Assembly (NCBI GenBank): GCA_017412045.1
Contig: JAFQOX010000041.1
Location: forward strand, 10,689 to 74,688
Reading direction: 5' to 3'
Length of the DNA stretch: 64,000 bases
DNA from: Clostridia bacterium
GTDB taxonomy: Bacteria; Bacillota; Clostridia; Oscillospirales; CAG-272
Positions 1-10,470 of the stretch are shown one piece after another. The notes under the pieces are model-generated. The model saw only the letters and a program-made list of their open reading frames with translations, was not told the DNA's origin and made no database searches. The position numbers and the translations under genes were made by a program. Within the stretch, counting starts at the first letter, position 1. Each line of letters opens with the position of its first letter.

Positions 1-645
1 TTCAACTCCATCGAGCATTACGGGCTGAACGTCAGCAGAGCCGCGCTGGTTGGCGGCGCGCCCATTTCGCCGTATCTCAACGCCTTTCGGACGGATCTTT
101 TTCTGTCTGCCAACGAGAGAGACGTGCAGGAAGCGATCGATGCCAATATTGCCGCCGGCATCATTTGCAGTCAGACACCGCTTCCCATCCGCGCGGACGA
201 CGACGTCCGTCAGATCCGTATCGCCTTCGACGGAGATGCCGTGATCTTTTCCGACGAGGCGGAGCGAATCTACCGAGAAAAGGGCTTACGCGCGTTTGAG
301 GCACACGAGCAGGAGAACGCGAAAAATCCTTTGCCCGAAGGCCCCTTCGCAAAATTGCTCAAAACCATTTCCATCATTCAGCAGCGCTTCCCAAAGGATA
401 CCGCGCCGATCCGGACCGCTCTGGTCACCGCGAGAAACGCGCCCGCGCACGAGCGGGTCATTCTGACGCTTCGGGCGTGGAACGTGAGAATCGACGAGGT
501 TTTCTTTCTCGGCGGAATTGCCAAAACGGAGGTGCTGAAGGCGTTCGGCGCGCATATCTTCTTTGACGATCAGAGCGTCCATATTGATTCGGCATCCGGC
601 TCCGTTCCCTCCGCCAGAGTACCTTATAAAAACGGCAACGGCTGA
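1..645 (+). CDS. 5'-nucleotidase (cN-I-like family), 5' end outside window
   Basis: Frame is open from base 1 (FNSIEHYGLNVSRA...). Motifs IAFDGDAVIFSDEAE, TARNAPAHER and HIFFDDQ. Confidence 0.85.
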   Translation, partial: FNSIEHYGLNVSRAALVGGAPISPYLNAFRTDLFLSANERDVQEAIDANIAAGIICSQTPLPIRADDDVRQIRIAFDGDAVIFSDEAERIYREKGLRAFEAHEQENAKNPLPEGPFAKLLKTISIIQQRFPKDTAPIRTALVTARNAPAHERVILTLRAWNVRIDEVFFLGGIAKTEVLKAFGAHIFFDDQSVHIDSASGSVPSARVPYKNGNG

Positions 646-698
646 TCGCCGCCCCCTCCGGCAAGGTTGATTTTTCGTAATTTCCTATAATTTTAAAA

Positions 699-746
699 AA
701 ATATCCCTCGGCAGTGAACGCATTCACCGTACCGGGGGATATTTTC
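699..746. terminator. Bidirectional intrinsic terminator between convergent genes
   Basis: AAAATATCCC...GGGATATTTT inverted repeat. Confidence 0.6.
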
Positions 747-826
747 GTTTACCGAATCATATAATCGGCTTTTCACGTGCCGAAACGTACTCTCTTTTCT
801 GTTGTGATGCTTTTGGGTGACGAAAT

Positions 827-1540
827 TTACAGCGCGCCGAGAAAGCCGATCAGATCGGAAAAACTACCCGAGGGCGTTTCGGGAAGCGCGCCCTCGCAGA
901 TAAGAAAGTCCGTCAGCAGGAAGGTGTCCATGCCGACGCTCTTCGCGGGCTTCACGTCTTCCTCGGCGTTATTGCCGATCATCAAGCAACGGGAGGGATC
1001 AAGATTCATCTTTTCGGCGATCTCCGTATAATAGGCGGGATTCGGCTTGCAGAAGGTGGAATTTTCGTAGGTGGTGATCCAATCGAAGCTGTCGGGAGAA
1101 ACCTTTGCCCACGAGAGTCTGGAAAGCACGGCTACCTTGGGAAAAACGGGGCTGGTGGCGAGAATGACCTTGTCCGCCTTTTCTCTTGCGAGATCGACCG
1201 CCTTTTGCGCCAGCGCGGTCGGGAAGGTGATCGCCGCCGTCTGATGAAATTCGTTCTCGTAGAAGGCGTCGAACTTCGGAATATCCTCGCGAATCCGCTC
1301 GCCGAATACGGCGGCGAATATCTGCCAGAAGACCTCCGCGTTCGTTTGCTTTCCGTCGTTTTTGAACATCGCGCCCGTTCCCTTCCAGAGCGAGGAGATC
1401 AGAAGCTCCTTTTCGTAGCCGAGGGGCGCCATTTTTTTTGCGAGCAGACCGAGATAGGTCTTGATGAAAAGATCGTTGTCCATCGGCAGTAGCGTGCCGT
1501 CGAGGTCAAATAAAATCGCTTCGTATTTTTTCATGGTCAT
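827..1540 (-). CDS. HAD-family hydrolase
   Basis: FDLDGTLL motif I, KPNP and MIGN motifs. Start taken at MTMKKY. Confidence 0.85.
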   Translation of the reverse strand: MTMKKYEAILFDLDGTLLPMDNDLFIKTYLGLLAKKMAPLGYEKELLISSLWKGTGAMFKNDGKQTNAEVFWQIFAAVFGERIREDIPKFDAFYENEFHQTAAITFPTALAQKAVDLAREKADKVILATSPVFPKVAVLSRLSWAKVSPDSFDWITTYENSTFCKPNPAYYTEIAEKMNLDPSRCLMIGNNAEEDVKPAKSVGMDTFLLTDFLICEGALPETPSGSFSDLIGFLGAL

Positions 1541-1631
1541 TTCCTTTTTATCACGTAATTTGAAATGAACGGTGCGACCTTGCGGCTGCACCGTTCATTG
1601 ATATTATCGGATGACCGATAAAGGGACTATA

Positions 1632-4600
1632 TTATTTGGAGTAAACCTCGCCGAGCTTAACAAGACGTTCGTACTTGTTCTTAGCCTGCTTTTCAGCTTC
1701 TGCGAAGAGCGTAGCCGCTCTGTCGGGGAACTGCTGAGCGAGACGGCTGTAACGGGTTTCACTCTTGATGAAGTCGATGTAGCTTGCGGTGGGAGCCTTG
1801 CTGTCAACCGTGAGAGCGTTTTCGTTCGCAGGGTTGTAGCGGAAGAGCTGCCAGTAGCCTGCTTCAACAGCCTTCTTCATTTCGATCTGGCAGTTGGTCA
1901 TACCGCCCTTCAGACCGTGCATTTCACAAGGAGCGTAGCAGATGATGATGGAAGGACCGTTGTGAGCTTCCGCTTCGGTGATCGCCTTGAGAGTCTGATT
2001 CATATCAGCGCCCATTGCGATCTGTGCAACGTATACGTAGCCGTAGGACATTGCGATGTTAGCGAGGTCTTTCTTCTTGATCGCCTTACCTGCGGCAGCG
2101 AACTGTGCAACCTGACCGATCTGAGAAGCCTTAGAAGCCTGACCGCCGGTGTTGGAGTAAACTTCGGTATCGAATACCATAATGTTTACGTTTTCGCCGG
2201 AAGCGAGTACGTGGTCGAGACCGCCGAAGCCGATATCGTAAGCCCAACCGTCACCACCGAAGATCCACATGGATTTCTTGGAGAGGTAGTCCTTTTCAGC
2301 GAGGATTTCCTTGCAGGTATCGCATTCAGCCTTTTCGAGCTCTGCGATATATGCAGTGGTAGCCTTGTCGTTTTCAACGCCGTTGTTGTAGGTGTCAACC
2401 CAAGCCTGAGCAGCAGCCTTGAGTTCGTCGGTAGCGCAGCAGCCTTCGAGAACCTTCTTGGTCTTGGCAAGGAGTCTTTCGCGAATGGTCTTCTGCGCGA
2501 GCATCATACCGAGACCGTATTCAGCGTTGTCCTCGAAGAGGGAGTTACCCCAAGCGGGACCGCGGCCGGATTCACGGTTAACGGTATAAGGAGTAGAAGG
2601 AGCAGAGCCGCCCCAGATGGAAGAACAACCGGTTGCGTTGGCAATGTACATTCTTTCACCGAAGAGCTGAGTTACGAGACGAGCGTAGGAGGTTTCAGCA
2701 CAACCTGCGCAGGAGCCGGAGAACTCAAGCAGAGGCTGCTTGAACTGAGAGCCCTTGATGGTGGTGTTGATGAGTTCCTTCTTCTCGGAAACGTTTGCGA
2801 CAGCGTAATCGAAAGCAGCCTGCTGTTCTCTCTGGCTTTCGAGAGAGGTCATTTCGATTGCGGTGCCGAGCTTGGGATTGTTGTTTACGGGGCAAGCCTT
2901 AACGCAGAGCGTACAGCCCATACAGTCAAGGGGAGATACTGCCATGGTAAACTTATAGTTCGTCTTAACGACGGGCTTAGCAGCGAATTTGGTAACTGCG
3001 GGAGCGTTAGCAGCTTCTTCTGCGGTCATTGCGTAAGGACGGATCGCAGCGTGAGGACATACGAACGCACAGTTGTTACACTGGATACAGTTTTCGGGGT
3101 GCCATACGGGAACGTCAACGGCAACACCGCGTTTTTCGTAAGCGGCAGCGCCCTGAGGAAGCTGACCGTCAGCGAGCTTCGCGAAGGTGGATACGGGGAG
3201 AGAGTCACCCTGCATCTTGCTTACGGGGATAACGATGTTGTTAACGAATTCAACGAGTTCGGGACGGGTACCGGTAGCAGCCTCGGGAGCCTTGTCATCG
3301 GTAGCGGTCTTCCAGGATTCGGGAATAACGACCTGCTGGAGCGCGTCAACGCCGGCGTCGATTGCCTTGTAGTTCATTTCTACGACAGCTTCGCCCTTCT
3401 TGAGGTAGGACTTCTTCGCCATGTACTTCATGTAGTCAACGGCTTCGTCGATGGGCATGATGTTAGCGAGCTTGAAGAACGCGGACTGGAGAATGGTGTT
3501 GGTTCTCTTGCCCATACCGATGGCTTTTGCCATGTCGATTGCGTTTACGGTGTAGAACTTGATATCGTTGTTCGCGATATATCTCTTGGTTTCAGCGGAG
3601 AGAACGTGATCAAGCTCTTCGTGCGTCCACTGGCAGTTGAGAAGGAAGGTACCGCCGGGCTTAACGTCGTTGACGATCTTGTAACCCTTGAGCATATAAG
3701 CGGGGGTATGGCAAGCAACGAAGTTTGCCTTGGTGATATAGTAGGTGGACTTGATGGGAGCGTCGCCGAAGCGGAGGTGAGAAATGGTTACACCGCCGGT
3801 CTTCTTGGAGTCATACTGGAAGTATGCCTGAATGTATTTGTCGGTGTGGTCACCGATGATCTTGATGGAGTTCTTGTTTGCGCCTACGGTACCGTCGCCG
3901 CCGAGACCCCAGAACTTGCAGGAGATGGTGCCTGCGGGAACCGTGTCGGGAGCAGCAACCTCTTCGAGAGAGTGACCGGTAACGTCGTCTACGATACCGA
4001 TGGTAAAGCCGTTCTTGGGAGCATCCTTTGCAAGGTTGTTGTAAACTGCGAAGATGCAAGCGGGCGTGGTATCCTTGGAGCCGAGACCGTAACGGCCGCC
4101 GACTACGGTTGCCTTTACGCCGCCCTGAGCGAGAGCGGTAACAACGTCAAGGTAGAGGGGTTCGCCGAGAGCGCCGGGTTCTTTGGTTCTGTCGAGAACG
4201 GCGATCTTGGTAACGGTAGAAGGAATTGCTTCGATGAGTTTGTCAGCGCAGAAGGGTCTGTACAGACGAACCTTGATCAGACCAACCTTTTCGCCCTTCG
4301 CGTTGAGGTAGTCAACAACTTCTTCAACGGTGTCGCAAACGGAGCCCATTGCGATGATCACGCGGTCAGCATCGGCTGCGCCGTAGTAGTTGAAGAGCTT
4401 GTAATCGGTACCGATCTTTGCGTTAACCTGGTTCATGTAATCCTCAACGATACCGGGAACAGCATCGTAGTAGGGGTTGCATGCTTCTCTGTGCTGGAAG
4501 AAGATGTCACCGTTTTCAGCGGAGCCCTTGAGAACGGGGTGGTTAGGATTGAGAGCGCGTGCGCGGAATGCGGCAACAGCGTCCTTGTCGATCATGCTTT

Positions 4601-5174
4601 CGAGATCTTCATAGTCCCAGACCTCGATCTTCTGGATTTCGTGGGAAGTACGGAAACCGTCGAAGAAGTTGAGGAAGGGAACTCTGCCCTTGATAGCGGA
4701 AAGGTGAGCAACGGCACCGAGGTCCATGATTTCCTGCGCGTTGGATTCAGCGAGCATAGCAAAGCCCGTCTGACGGCAAGCGTAAACGTCGCTGTGTTCG
4801 CCGAAGATGTTGAGGGCGTGGGATGCAACGTTACGAGCGGAAACGTGGATAACGGCGGGAAGGAGTTCACCTGCCATCTTGAACATATTGGGGATCATGA
4901 GAAGAAGACCCTGAGAAGCGGTGTAGGTGGTAGTCAGAGCACCTGCAACGAGAGAGCCGTGAACGGCACCTGCAGCGCCTGCTTCGGACTGCATTTCCAT
5001 AACCTTTACGCGGTCGCCGAACATATTTTCAAGTCCGGTTGCAGACCATGTATCGGTAAATTCAGCCATAGGGCTGGAAGGTGTAATGGGATAGATCGCA
5101 GCAACCTCGGTGAACGCATAAGATACGTGCGCCGCAGCCTGGTTACCATCCATCGAAATCTTTTTTCTTGCCAT
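1632..5174 (-). CDS. nifJ: Pyruvate:ferredoxin (flavodoxin) oxidoreductase
   Basis: MDGNQAAAHV, YPITPSS, two 4Fe-4S motifs (CIQCNNCAFVCP, CMGCTLCVKACP) and GGDGWAYDIG TPP motif. Confidence 0.97.
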   Translation of the reverse strand: MARKKISMDGNQAAAHVSYAFTEVAAIYPITPSSPMAEFTDTWSATGLENMFGDRVKVMEMQSEAGAAGAVHGSLVAGALTTTYTASQGLLLMIPNMFKMAGELLPAVIHVSARNVASHALNIFGEHSDVYACRQTGFAMLAESNAQEIMDLGAVAHLSAIKGRVPFLNFFDGFRTSHEIQKIEVWDYEDLESMIDKDAVAAFRARALNPNHPVLKGSAENGDIFFQHREACNPYYDAVPGIVEDYMNQVNAKIGTDYKLFNYYGAADADRVIIAMGSVCDTVEEVVDYLNAKGEKVGLIKVRLYRPFCADKLIEAIPSTVTKIAVLDRTKEPGALGEPLYLDVVTALAQGGVKATVVGGRYGLGSKDTTPACIFAVYNNLAKDAPKNGFTIGIVDDVTGHSLEEVAAPDTVPAGTISCKFWGLGGDGTVGANKNSIKIIGDHTDKYIQAYFQYDSKKTGGVTISHLRFGDAPIKSTYYITKANFVACHTPAYMLKGYKIVNDVKPGGTFLLNCQWTHEELDHVLSAETKRYIANNDIKFYTVNAIDMAKAIGMGKRTNTILQSAFFKLANIMPIDEAVDYMKYMAKKSYLKKGEAVVEMNYKAIDAGVDALQQVVIPESWKTATDDKAPEAATGTRPELVEFVNNIVIPVSKMQGDSLPVSTFAKLADGQLPQGAAAYEKRGVAVDVPVWHPENCIQCNNCAFVCPHAAIRPYAMTAEEAANAPAVTKFAAKPVVKTNYKFTMAVSPLDCMGCTLCVKACPVNNNPKLGTAIEMTSLESQREQQAAFDYAVANVSEKKELINTTIKGSQFKQPLLEFSGSCAGCAETSYARLVTQLFGERMYIANATGCSSIWGGSAPSTPYTVNRESGRGPAWGNSLFEDNAEYGLGMMLAQKTIRERLLAKTKKVLEGCCATDELKAAAQAWVDTYNNGVENDKATTAYIAELEKAECDTCKEILAEKDYLSKKSMWIFGGDGWAYDIGFGGLDHVLASGENVNIMVFDTEVYSNTGGQASKASQIGQVAQFAAAGKAIKKKDLANIAMSYGYVYVAQIAMGADMNQTLKAITEAEAHNGPSIIICYAPCEMHGLKGGMTNCQIEMKKAVEAGYWQLFRYNPANENALTVDSKAPTASYIDFIKSETRYSRLAQQFPDRAATLFAEAEKQAKNKYERLVKLGEVYSK

Positions 5175-5418
5175 GGGATTTATACCTCCGTGTTTTTAGA
5201 TTTTCATATATATGATACCACCGTTTTTTCAAAAAGTAAAGACAAAAGTAAGAAAAAAGCGAAATTTTATGCGAAATTCTTTTTCTTATAAAGGAAATGT
5301 TCTCTTTTTATACGAAAGACTGCCTGTTACGAAAAGCGCAACGCGGCGCGAACGCTTCCGAGACCTCGCCGTTTGGCATGATTTGAACACGGATCAATCT
5401 TAGACAGGCAAGCAACCG

Positions 5419-6180
5419 TCAGCGACGATCCGCCGCCCGCTTTTTGATCGCGTAGCGGTAGATCTCGATGGGGACGTACATGACGATCAGGATCGCCGCG
5501 ATCAGGATCGGGAAGCCCCAGAGGTGATTTCCGAAAAGATCCTCAAATACGGTAAGCGGCGCCTGCGCTTTGGCAAGAAACATATAGTTCGTGGGGGTTT
5601 TCGTTCCTGCCGTGAGCGTATTCACGACAACGGCGGGGATCGCCATACAAACGAGCATGACGAGAGATTTCCAGATCTGTCGTGCTCTGGGCTTGATGTC
5701 ACCGCCGACGGTAAGCATAATGGGATAGAGCGCGAGAAGGATGTGGATCGTGGAGGAGTGGATATGCATAAAATTGAGAATGGGGAGCTTCGTCCACGAG
5801 GGGAACGCAAGCGCCGCCAACGCGCCGGGAATACAGATCATATAAAGGAAGTTATCCAGAACCTTATAGGGCTTGAAGATATGTACCGCGATCACGAAGA
5901 TATTGATCGTGCAAAGGTGGAACGGGAGATAGTTCATCGTCCAGAGTCCCGTGGAAAGAAGCATGATCCATTTCGCGATCTCGTCGGCAAAGATCAGACC
6001 TGCCACGGTAAAGCGGAAGCGCTTCCGTCCGATCTCTCCGCATCTGCGATAGCAGTAAGAGCAAATGGCAACGGTCAGCGCCAAGATCACGAGCCAGAAG
6101 ATATGCGTCCCGTCAAAATGCTTGAAGCCGACGCCCTTTTTGATGCTTCCCGTGGTTTCCCAGAAGTATGCCATCGTCAT
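5419..6180 (-). CDS. YwaF/TMEM164-like integral membrane protein
   Basis: Multiple hydrophobic helices with LPFHLC and TNYMFL motifs. Confidence 0.7.
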   Translation of the reverse strand: MTMAYFWETTGSIKKGVGFKHFDGTHIFWLVILALTVAICSYCYRRCGEIGRKRFRFTVAGLIFADEIAKWIMLLSTGLWTMNYLPFHLCTINIFVIAVHIFKPYKVLDNFLYMICIPGALAALAFPSWTKLPILNFMHIHSSTIHILLALYPIMLTVGGDIKPRARQIWKSLVMLVCMAIPAVVVNTLTAGTKTPTNYMFLAKAQAPLTVFEDLFGNHLWGFPILIAAILIVMYVPIEIYRYAIKKRAADRR

Positions 6181-6327
6181 AAAAAACACCTTTCTTTCTT
6201 GAAATCACGTTTATATTTTACCATAAATGGAGCGATTTTTCAATAGGGCATGCAAAAATTCCCGGAGCAACTGCGTTTTCCCAAAAAAGGTATCCCACCC
6301 AAAGCAGGATACCTTTTCATCATAGAA

Positions 6328-8595
6328 TCAAGCCGCAGCTTCTCCCGTTTGAGAGAATCTTACGTAAATATAACCGTTCTGCTTGCTTTCGCCGTTTTCC
6401 AGGCTGTACGAAAGACGGTAAGTACCGTCCGCCATTGCCGTTTCCGTTCCCGTCAGCGCCGTATAAGAATCGCCGTTCCGGACCTCGACCAGCGTCAGAT
6501 CGGGCATACCGTAACGGAACGCTTCTTCGCGGAGAAGCTCGGCAAACGCGGTATAGTCCAGGGTCTCCGCAGAGGAAATTTCAAGGTAAACGTCAACCTG
6601 CTCGGTATAGGTCACGGTCAGTCCCTGCCCGGAGGCGGTCGCCGTGATCATCATATCGTCCGCGCGGATCGCCGTGAGGGGCTGAGAGGACGTAAACGCA
6701 ACGGGAATATATCCCGAGGAACGAATGCCGTCAGCGGTTGCGATATAAGCAACGACGCGGTATTCACCCGCGCCCAGCACGGGCAGTGTCAGGCGGATAT
6801 TGCTTGCGGAGGCGGTAAAGCTTCCTTCTCCGCCGTAAAGCGAAGCGGATTCTCCCTCCTGCCCGACGTGAACGAGAGAGCCGTTTGCCGCAGCCAGCGC
6901 AAGGACGACGCGGTAAGGCTCATCCTTCACGATCAGCGTCGTATCGTCGATCGTCAGGGAAATATGTTCAACGGAAATCGAAATGCCATCAACGACGGCG
7001 TTTCTGACGTCTGACGCGGTCACGGGAGCAAAGTTGACGAGCAATTCATACTCCGATTCTGTAAATCGGTCAAACTCAATCACTTCATCGCTCTTCAGTG
7101 TGATATAGTAATTTTCCATTTCGGTAAAACGCGCCTTTTCCGCTTCCAGAGCCGCGCGGATATTTTCCTCTGTGGTAACGACGAAGCCGTTCCATTTGTA
7201 GAATTGGATCAGCCCCTCGATCTCCACGTAAGCTCTTTGGATGCCGTTGAATACGGTGTCGATATCGCGGCGGCAGACCAGCCCGATCTCCGCAAGATAC
7301 GCCTTCAGATATCCAAGCCGCTCCTCATGATTTTTGCCGATGACGGAAAGATACAGCTCCGCGCTGTATCCGTAAGCGTAGGAGCCGACGTTGACGCCGC
7401 CGATCCGCACGTTTCCGTCTGCGGATCTTCCCGTGGTAACGATGCTTCCGTTTGCCGTATGAAGCTTCAGATTTTCGGGATTCTGCACGTAGATATAGTC
7501 CTCTCCGAAGCCTGCATCCGCCTTGGGCGCGGTCACCTTCACGACACCGTCAAACGCGCAGAGCTGAAGCATAAGATCGCTCGTATCTTCATTCTCGCTG
7601 ATAAATACGATATCCGTCCGCTTGTCTGCGCTGATGATTTTGATAAAGTTGTGCTCTCCCGAAACGGGATCGTACGCAACCTCAAAGCAGATATCGTCCT
7701 TCATGATCATATAGGAAATATTGTAATAGGTGGGCATATCCCCCAGAACGTAGGTTTCCCAATATCCCTTGGAAAAATCGGCTGTAAAATAAACGTTGTC
7801 CATCGAAAGCTCGTACCGCTCACCCGGGATATAGGTCATGCGTTCCTCGTGTCCGCCGTTTTTGCGGTAAAGCTCGTATACGTCCTTGCCCGCTTCGTTA
7901 CGGTAGCGGCGGCAAACGTCCAGAATATCGTTGAACTCGTCGTAACGGCAGAGCAGCTCCTCGTTTTCCTGCACGCGCAGATAATAAACGTCCTGCCCCA
8001 TTTTGACCCATTTGTCAACGATACGGATATTCTTCTTGGTAAAAGCGATCATATCCGCCGCAATGTTTGCGGAAACGACGATATTATTGGTCAGATTCAG
8101 GAAATATTCGTAGCTGTTACTGACTTCGCCGAATTCGCTCCATTCGACGGTATCGCCGACGACCTCCGCTTTTCCGATATTCTGCTTCTCGTCGCCGAGA
8201 CTGCCGTCCTTATAGTCCTCTCCCTCCAGCCTCATGATGGGAAAGGTATATCCGGATTCCAGCGTCATCACCTCGGTTTTCAGGCGCGATTGAGGGACGG
8301 TAACGGAAAGATTGGCGATCGCCCTTGCCGCCAGATTCTGCATGACGGCAGATCCGTTGTCAAAAATATCCTTCTTTTCACCAAGCGCCTCCGCGTGAAG
8401 GCGTTCCTCCGCCAACAGAAGCTTTGCCGCCTCAAGTCCGACGATCGGAAGCTTCTGCCCGCCGGGCCGATCCTGGTTTCCCGGATTTTGCATACCCTCG
8501 TCCGTATTCAGGTCTCCTCCCGGCTTTTTTCCGCAGCCTGCAAACGCCGTCAGAATCAGGACGAATACCAACGTCAAACAAATCAATTTTTTCAT
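6328..8595 (-). CDS. Large hypothetical lipoprotein
   Basis: MKKLICLTLVFVLILTAFAG-C lipobox and AAGGAG RBS. No recognisable domain. Confidence 0.7.
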   Translation of the reverse strand: MKKLICLTLVFVLILTAFAGCGKKPGGDLNTDEGMQNPGNQDRPGGQKLPIVGLEAAKLLLAEERLHAEALGEKKDIFDNGSAVMQNLAARAIANLSVTVPQSRLKTEVMTLESGYTFPIMRLEGEDYKDGSLGDEKQNIGKAEVVGDTVEWSEFGEVSNSYEYFLNLTNNIVVSANIAADMIAFTKKNIRIVDKWVKMGQDVYYLRVQENEELLCRYDEFNDILDVCRRYRNEAGKDVYELYRKNGGHEERMTYIPGERYELSMDNVYFTADFSKGYWETYVLGDMPTYYNISYMIMKDDICFEVAYDPVSGEHNFIKIISADKRTDIVFISENEDTSDLMLQLCAFDGVVKVTAPKADAGFGEDYIYVQNPENLKLHTANGSIVTTGRSADGNVRIGGVNVGSYAYGYSAELYLSVIGKNHEERLGYLKAYLAEIGLVCRRDIDTVFNGIQRAYVEIEGLIQFYKWNGFVVTTEENIRAALEAEKARFTEMENYYITLKSDEVIEFDRFTESEYELLVNFAPVTASDVRNAVVDGISISVEHISLTIDDTTLIVKDEPYRVVLALAAANGSLVHVGQEGESASLYGGEGSFTASASNIRLTLPVLGAGEYRVVAYIATADGIRSSGYIPVAFTSSQPLTAIRADDMMITATASGQGLTVTYTEQVDVYLEISSAETLDYTAFAELLREEAFRYGMPDLTLVEVRNGDSYTALTGTETAMADGTYRLSYSLENGESKQNGYIYVRFSQTGEAAA

Positions 8596-8649
8596 TTTTT
8601 CATCTCCTTTGCTTTGAATTACGCATATCGGTGTGCCGAACCGTTTTTT

Positions 8650-8764
8650 CAAAAAAGCGGGCAACGCCCGCAGGAAGTTTCTCGCCTACCGCAGTTTAGC
8701 CTGTATTCAAACAATACAAAACGGCGAGGTCGAATTTGCGCAATTTCCTATGGTACAAAAAAGC
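8650..8764 (-). repeat. Dispersed structured repeat family A, copy 1
   Basis: Plus strand AAAAAAGCGGGCAACGCCCGC...CTCGCC...GGCGAG...TTTGCGCAATTTCCTATGG, flanked by CAAAAAAGC direct repeats. Confidence 0.9.
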
Positions 8765-8794
8765 CTGCGCCGTATGCGCGGTGGTTCTGTTTTT

Positions 8795-8823
8795 ATTATA
8801 CAGTATATAGAAAAAATTGTCAA
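8795..8823 (-). promoter_or_regulatory. Sigma-A promoter of the lipoprotein gene
   Basis: TTGACA-17-TATAAT on the minus strand. Confidence 0.8.
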
Positions 8824-8908
8824 TTATTTTTGAAAAAAATGTAATAGAAGGGAATTTTTACCAAATCAAAATTCGGAAAACCGAAGATCGGTTTTCCGAA
8901 CAAAAAAA

Positions 8909-10198
8909 TCAGACCGTTTTTTCGTAAAGCCGATGAATGAGCAATGTCAGATACCGCTCGTCAAAGCCCACCGTAACGCCCATGCGGTCAGCGCCGCCGT
9001 CCACGAGAAGCGGCTCCGCGCCGATCTCCGCCATCGTTTGCAGAATCATGCGCGCCGTTTCGGAGGAAAGCCCCTCTCCCACGACGGAGAGCAGAGCCAT
9101 ATCCGCTGTGACCGTCACCGCTTCCGCAGAAAGCTTCTCAAAAAGATCCCGCAGAATATCCTCTTTTCTGCCGCCGATATCGTCGCCGTACACGAGAACG
9201 CCGACCGCATCGATCGTATGCGGCGTAGAATATACGTTCGAGGTATAGGCCTCGAAAATGCCGAGCAGGCGGTGAAAATCCGCCAGATTTTTTCCGATTC
9301 CCGTCAGATAGACAGAAAAAAGCAGATACCCCCGCTGTCCGACGATGCCGCTGACGGCGCGTTCCGTTTTTTTCGCGCAAATGCGGGTATATTCGCCGTC
9401 GGGATCGTTGGTGTTGCGGATCAGGACGGGAATCTCCTTCGCCTTCAGAGGCAGAACGGAATCGGAATGCAGAACGCAAGCGCCCATCGAGGAGAGCCGA
9501 CGCAATTCCTCGTAAGAAAGCTCCCTCACGGTTCTCGGTGATGCCACCGTTTTGGGATCTGCCAGAAGAAAGCCGTTCACGTCCGTAAAATTCTCATATA
9601 CGTCCGCATCGGCTGCCGCCGCCGCGATCGCGCCCGTGATATCCGAGCCTCCGCGCGGAAGGAGAACGGTCTCGCCGTTTGGCCCCGCGCCGTAAAAGCC
9701 CGGAATCACGATATTTCCGTACTGCTCCAAATGCGCGCGCATTGCTTTCTCGATTTTCGGCATATCGGGTTCTCCCTTTTCATCCAGAAAAATCACGTCG
9801 CGGGCGTCCGCGAAGGAAAATCCGATCAGGGCGGCAAAGATTTTCGCACAGAAGTATTCTCCTCTGCTGACCAGCTCCGCCCCGCGCGCCGTCATCAGTA
9901 CCTCCCGATACTCCCGCGAAAAGTCCTGCGGAAGCCCGAGAGAAGCGACGATGTCGTCCAATCTTCCCGTGATCAAAGAAAAAAGCTCATTTCGTTTTTC
10001 CGTCGTTTTCGCCTGATCCATCCGATACAGCAAATCCGTTATTTTGTCATCCCCCGAAAAACGTTTACCCGGCGCAGATACCGCGACGACACGCCTCTCT
10101 TTATCCGATCGAACGATTTCCGCGGCTTTTCTCATCTGCTCCGCGTGGCTGAGCGAGGTGCCGCCGAATTTCACGGCTTTGATCCCCACAGAAATCAC
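8909..10198 (-). CDS. lysC: Aspartate kinase
   Basis: KFGGTSL, VSAPGK, RGGSDITG, TDVNG motifs and a C-terminal ACT-like region. Confidence 0.85.
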   Translation of the reverse strand: MISVGIKAVKFGGTSLSHAEQMRKAAEIVRSDKERRVVAVSAPGKRFSGDDKITDLLYRMDQAKTTEKRNELFSLITGRLDDIVASLGLPQDFSREYREVLMTARGAELVSRGEYFCAKIFAALIGFSFADARDVIFLDEKGEPDMPKIEKAMRAHLEQYGNIVIPGFYGAGPNGETVLLPRGGSDITGAIAAAAADADVYENFTDVNGFLLADPKTVASPRTVRELSYEELRRLSSMGACVLHSDSVLPLKAKEIPVLIRNTNDPDGEYTRICAKKTERAVSGIVGQRGYLLFSVYLTGIGKNLADFHRLLGIFEAYTSNVYSTPHTIDAVGVLVYGDDIGGRKEDILRDLFEKLSAEAVTVTADMALLSVVGEGLSSETARMILQTMAEIGAEPLLVDGGADRMGVTVGFDERYLTLLIHRLYEKTV

Positions 10199-10292
10199 CC
10201 CTTTGTTGGTATGAATGCGACGGGAAACAATCCCGTCACGTTATTATATGGCGGATCCGCCGTTTTCGGGACGGTTCTGTACAAAATTCCGC

Positions 10293-10427
10293 GGAACAAA
10301 AAGCGGGCAACGCCCGCTGGAAAACTGCTTGCTCTGCAAGCTGTGTGCTCGCCTATCCAAGTTTGGCTTGTATCTCAACAATGCAAACGGCGAGTTTGAT
10401 TTTGCGCAATTTCCTATGGAACAAAAA
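10293..10427 (-). repeat. Dispersed structured repeat family A, copy 2 (long variant)
   Basis: Same core plus an extra GCTTGC-TCT-GCAAGC hairpin. GGAACAAAAA direct repeats at both ends. Confidence 0.9.
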
Positions 10428-10454
10428 ACCTTCGGAACGAAAACGTTCCGAAGG
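10423..10454 (-). terminator. Intrinsic terminator of the LRR gene
   Basis: CCTTCGGAACG-loop-CGTTCCGAAGG followed by T6 on the minus strand. Confidence 0.8.
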
Positions 10455-10470
10455 TCCTGGAATTGCAATA

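Noticed and set aside
699-746. Shared AAATATCCC...GGGATATTT arms with the hairpin at 37613
   Set aside because: Only two instances with unrelated interiors; adequately explained as terminators.
1611-5291. 1226-aa plus-strand ORF
   Set aside because: Antisense shadow of nifJ caused by codon bias; no motifs.
8650-8764. Repeat A as a c-di-GMP or other known riboswitch
   Set aside because: Lacks the consensus motifs I recall, and most copies lie after terminators or between convergent genes rather than in leaders.
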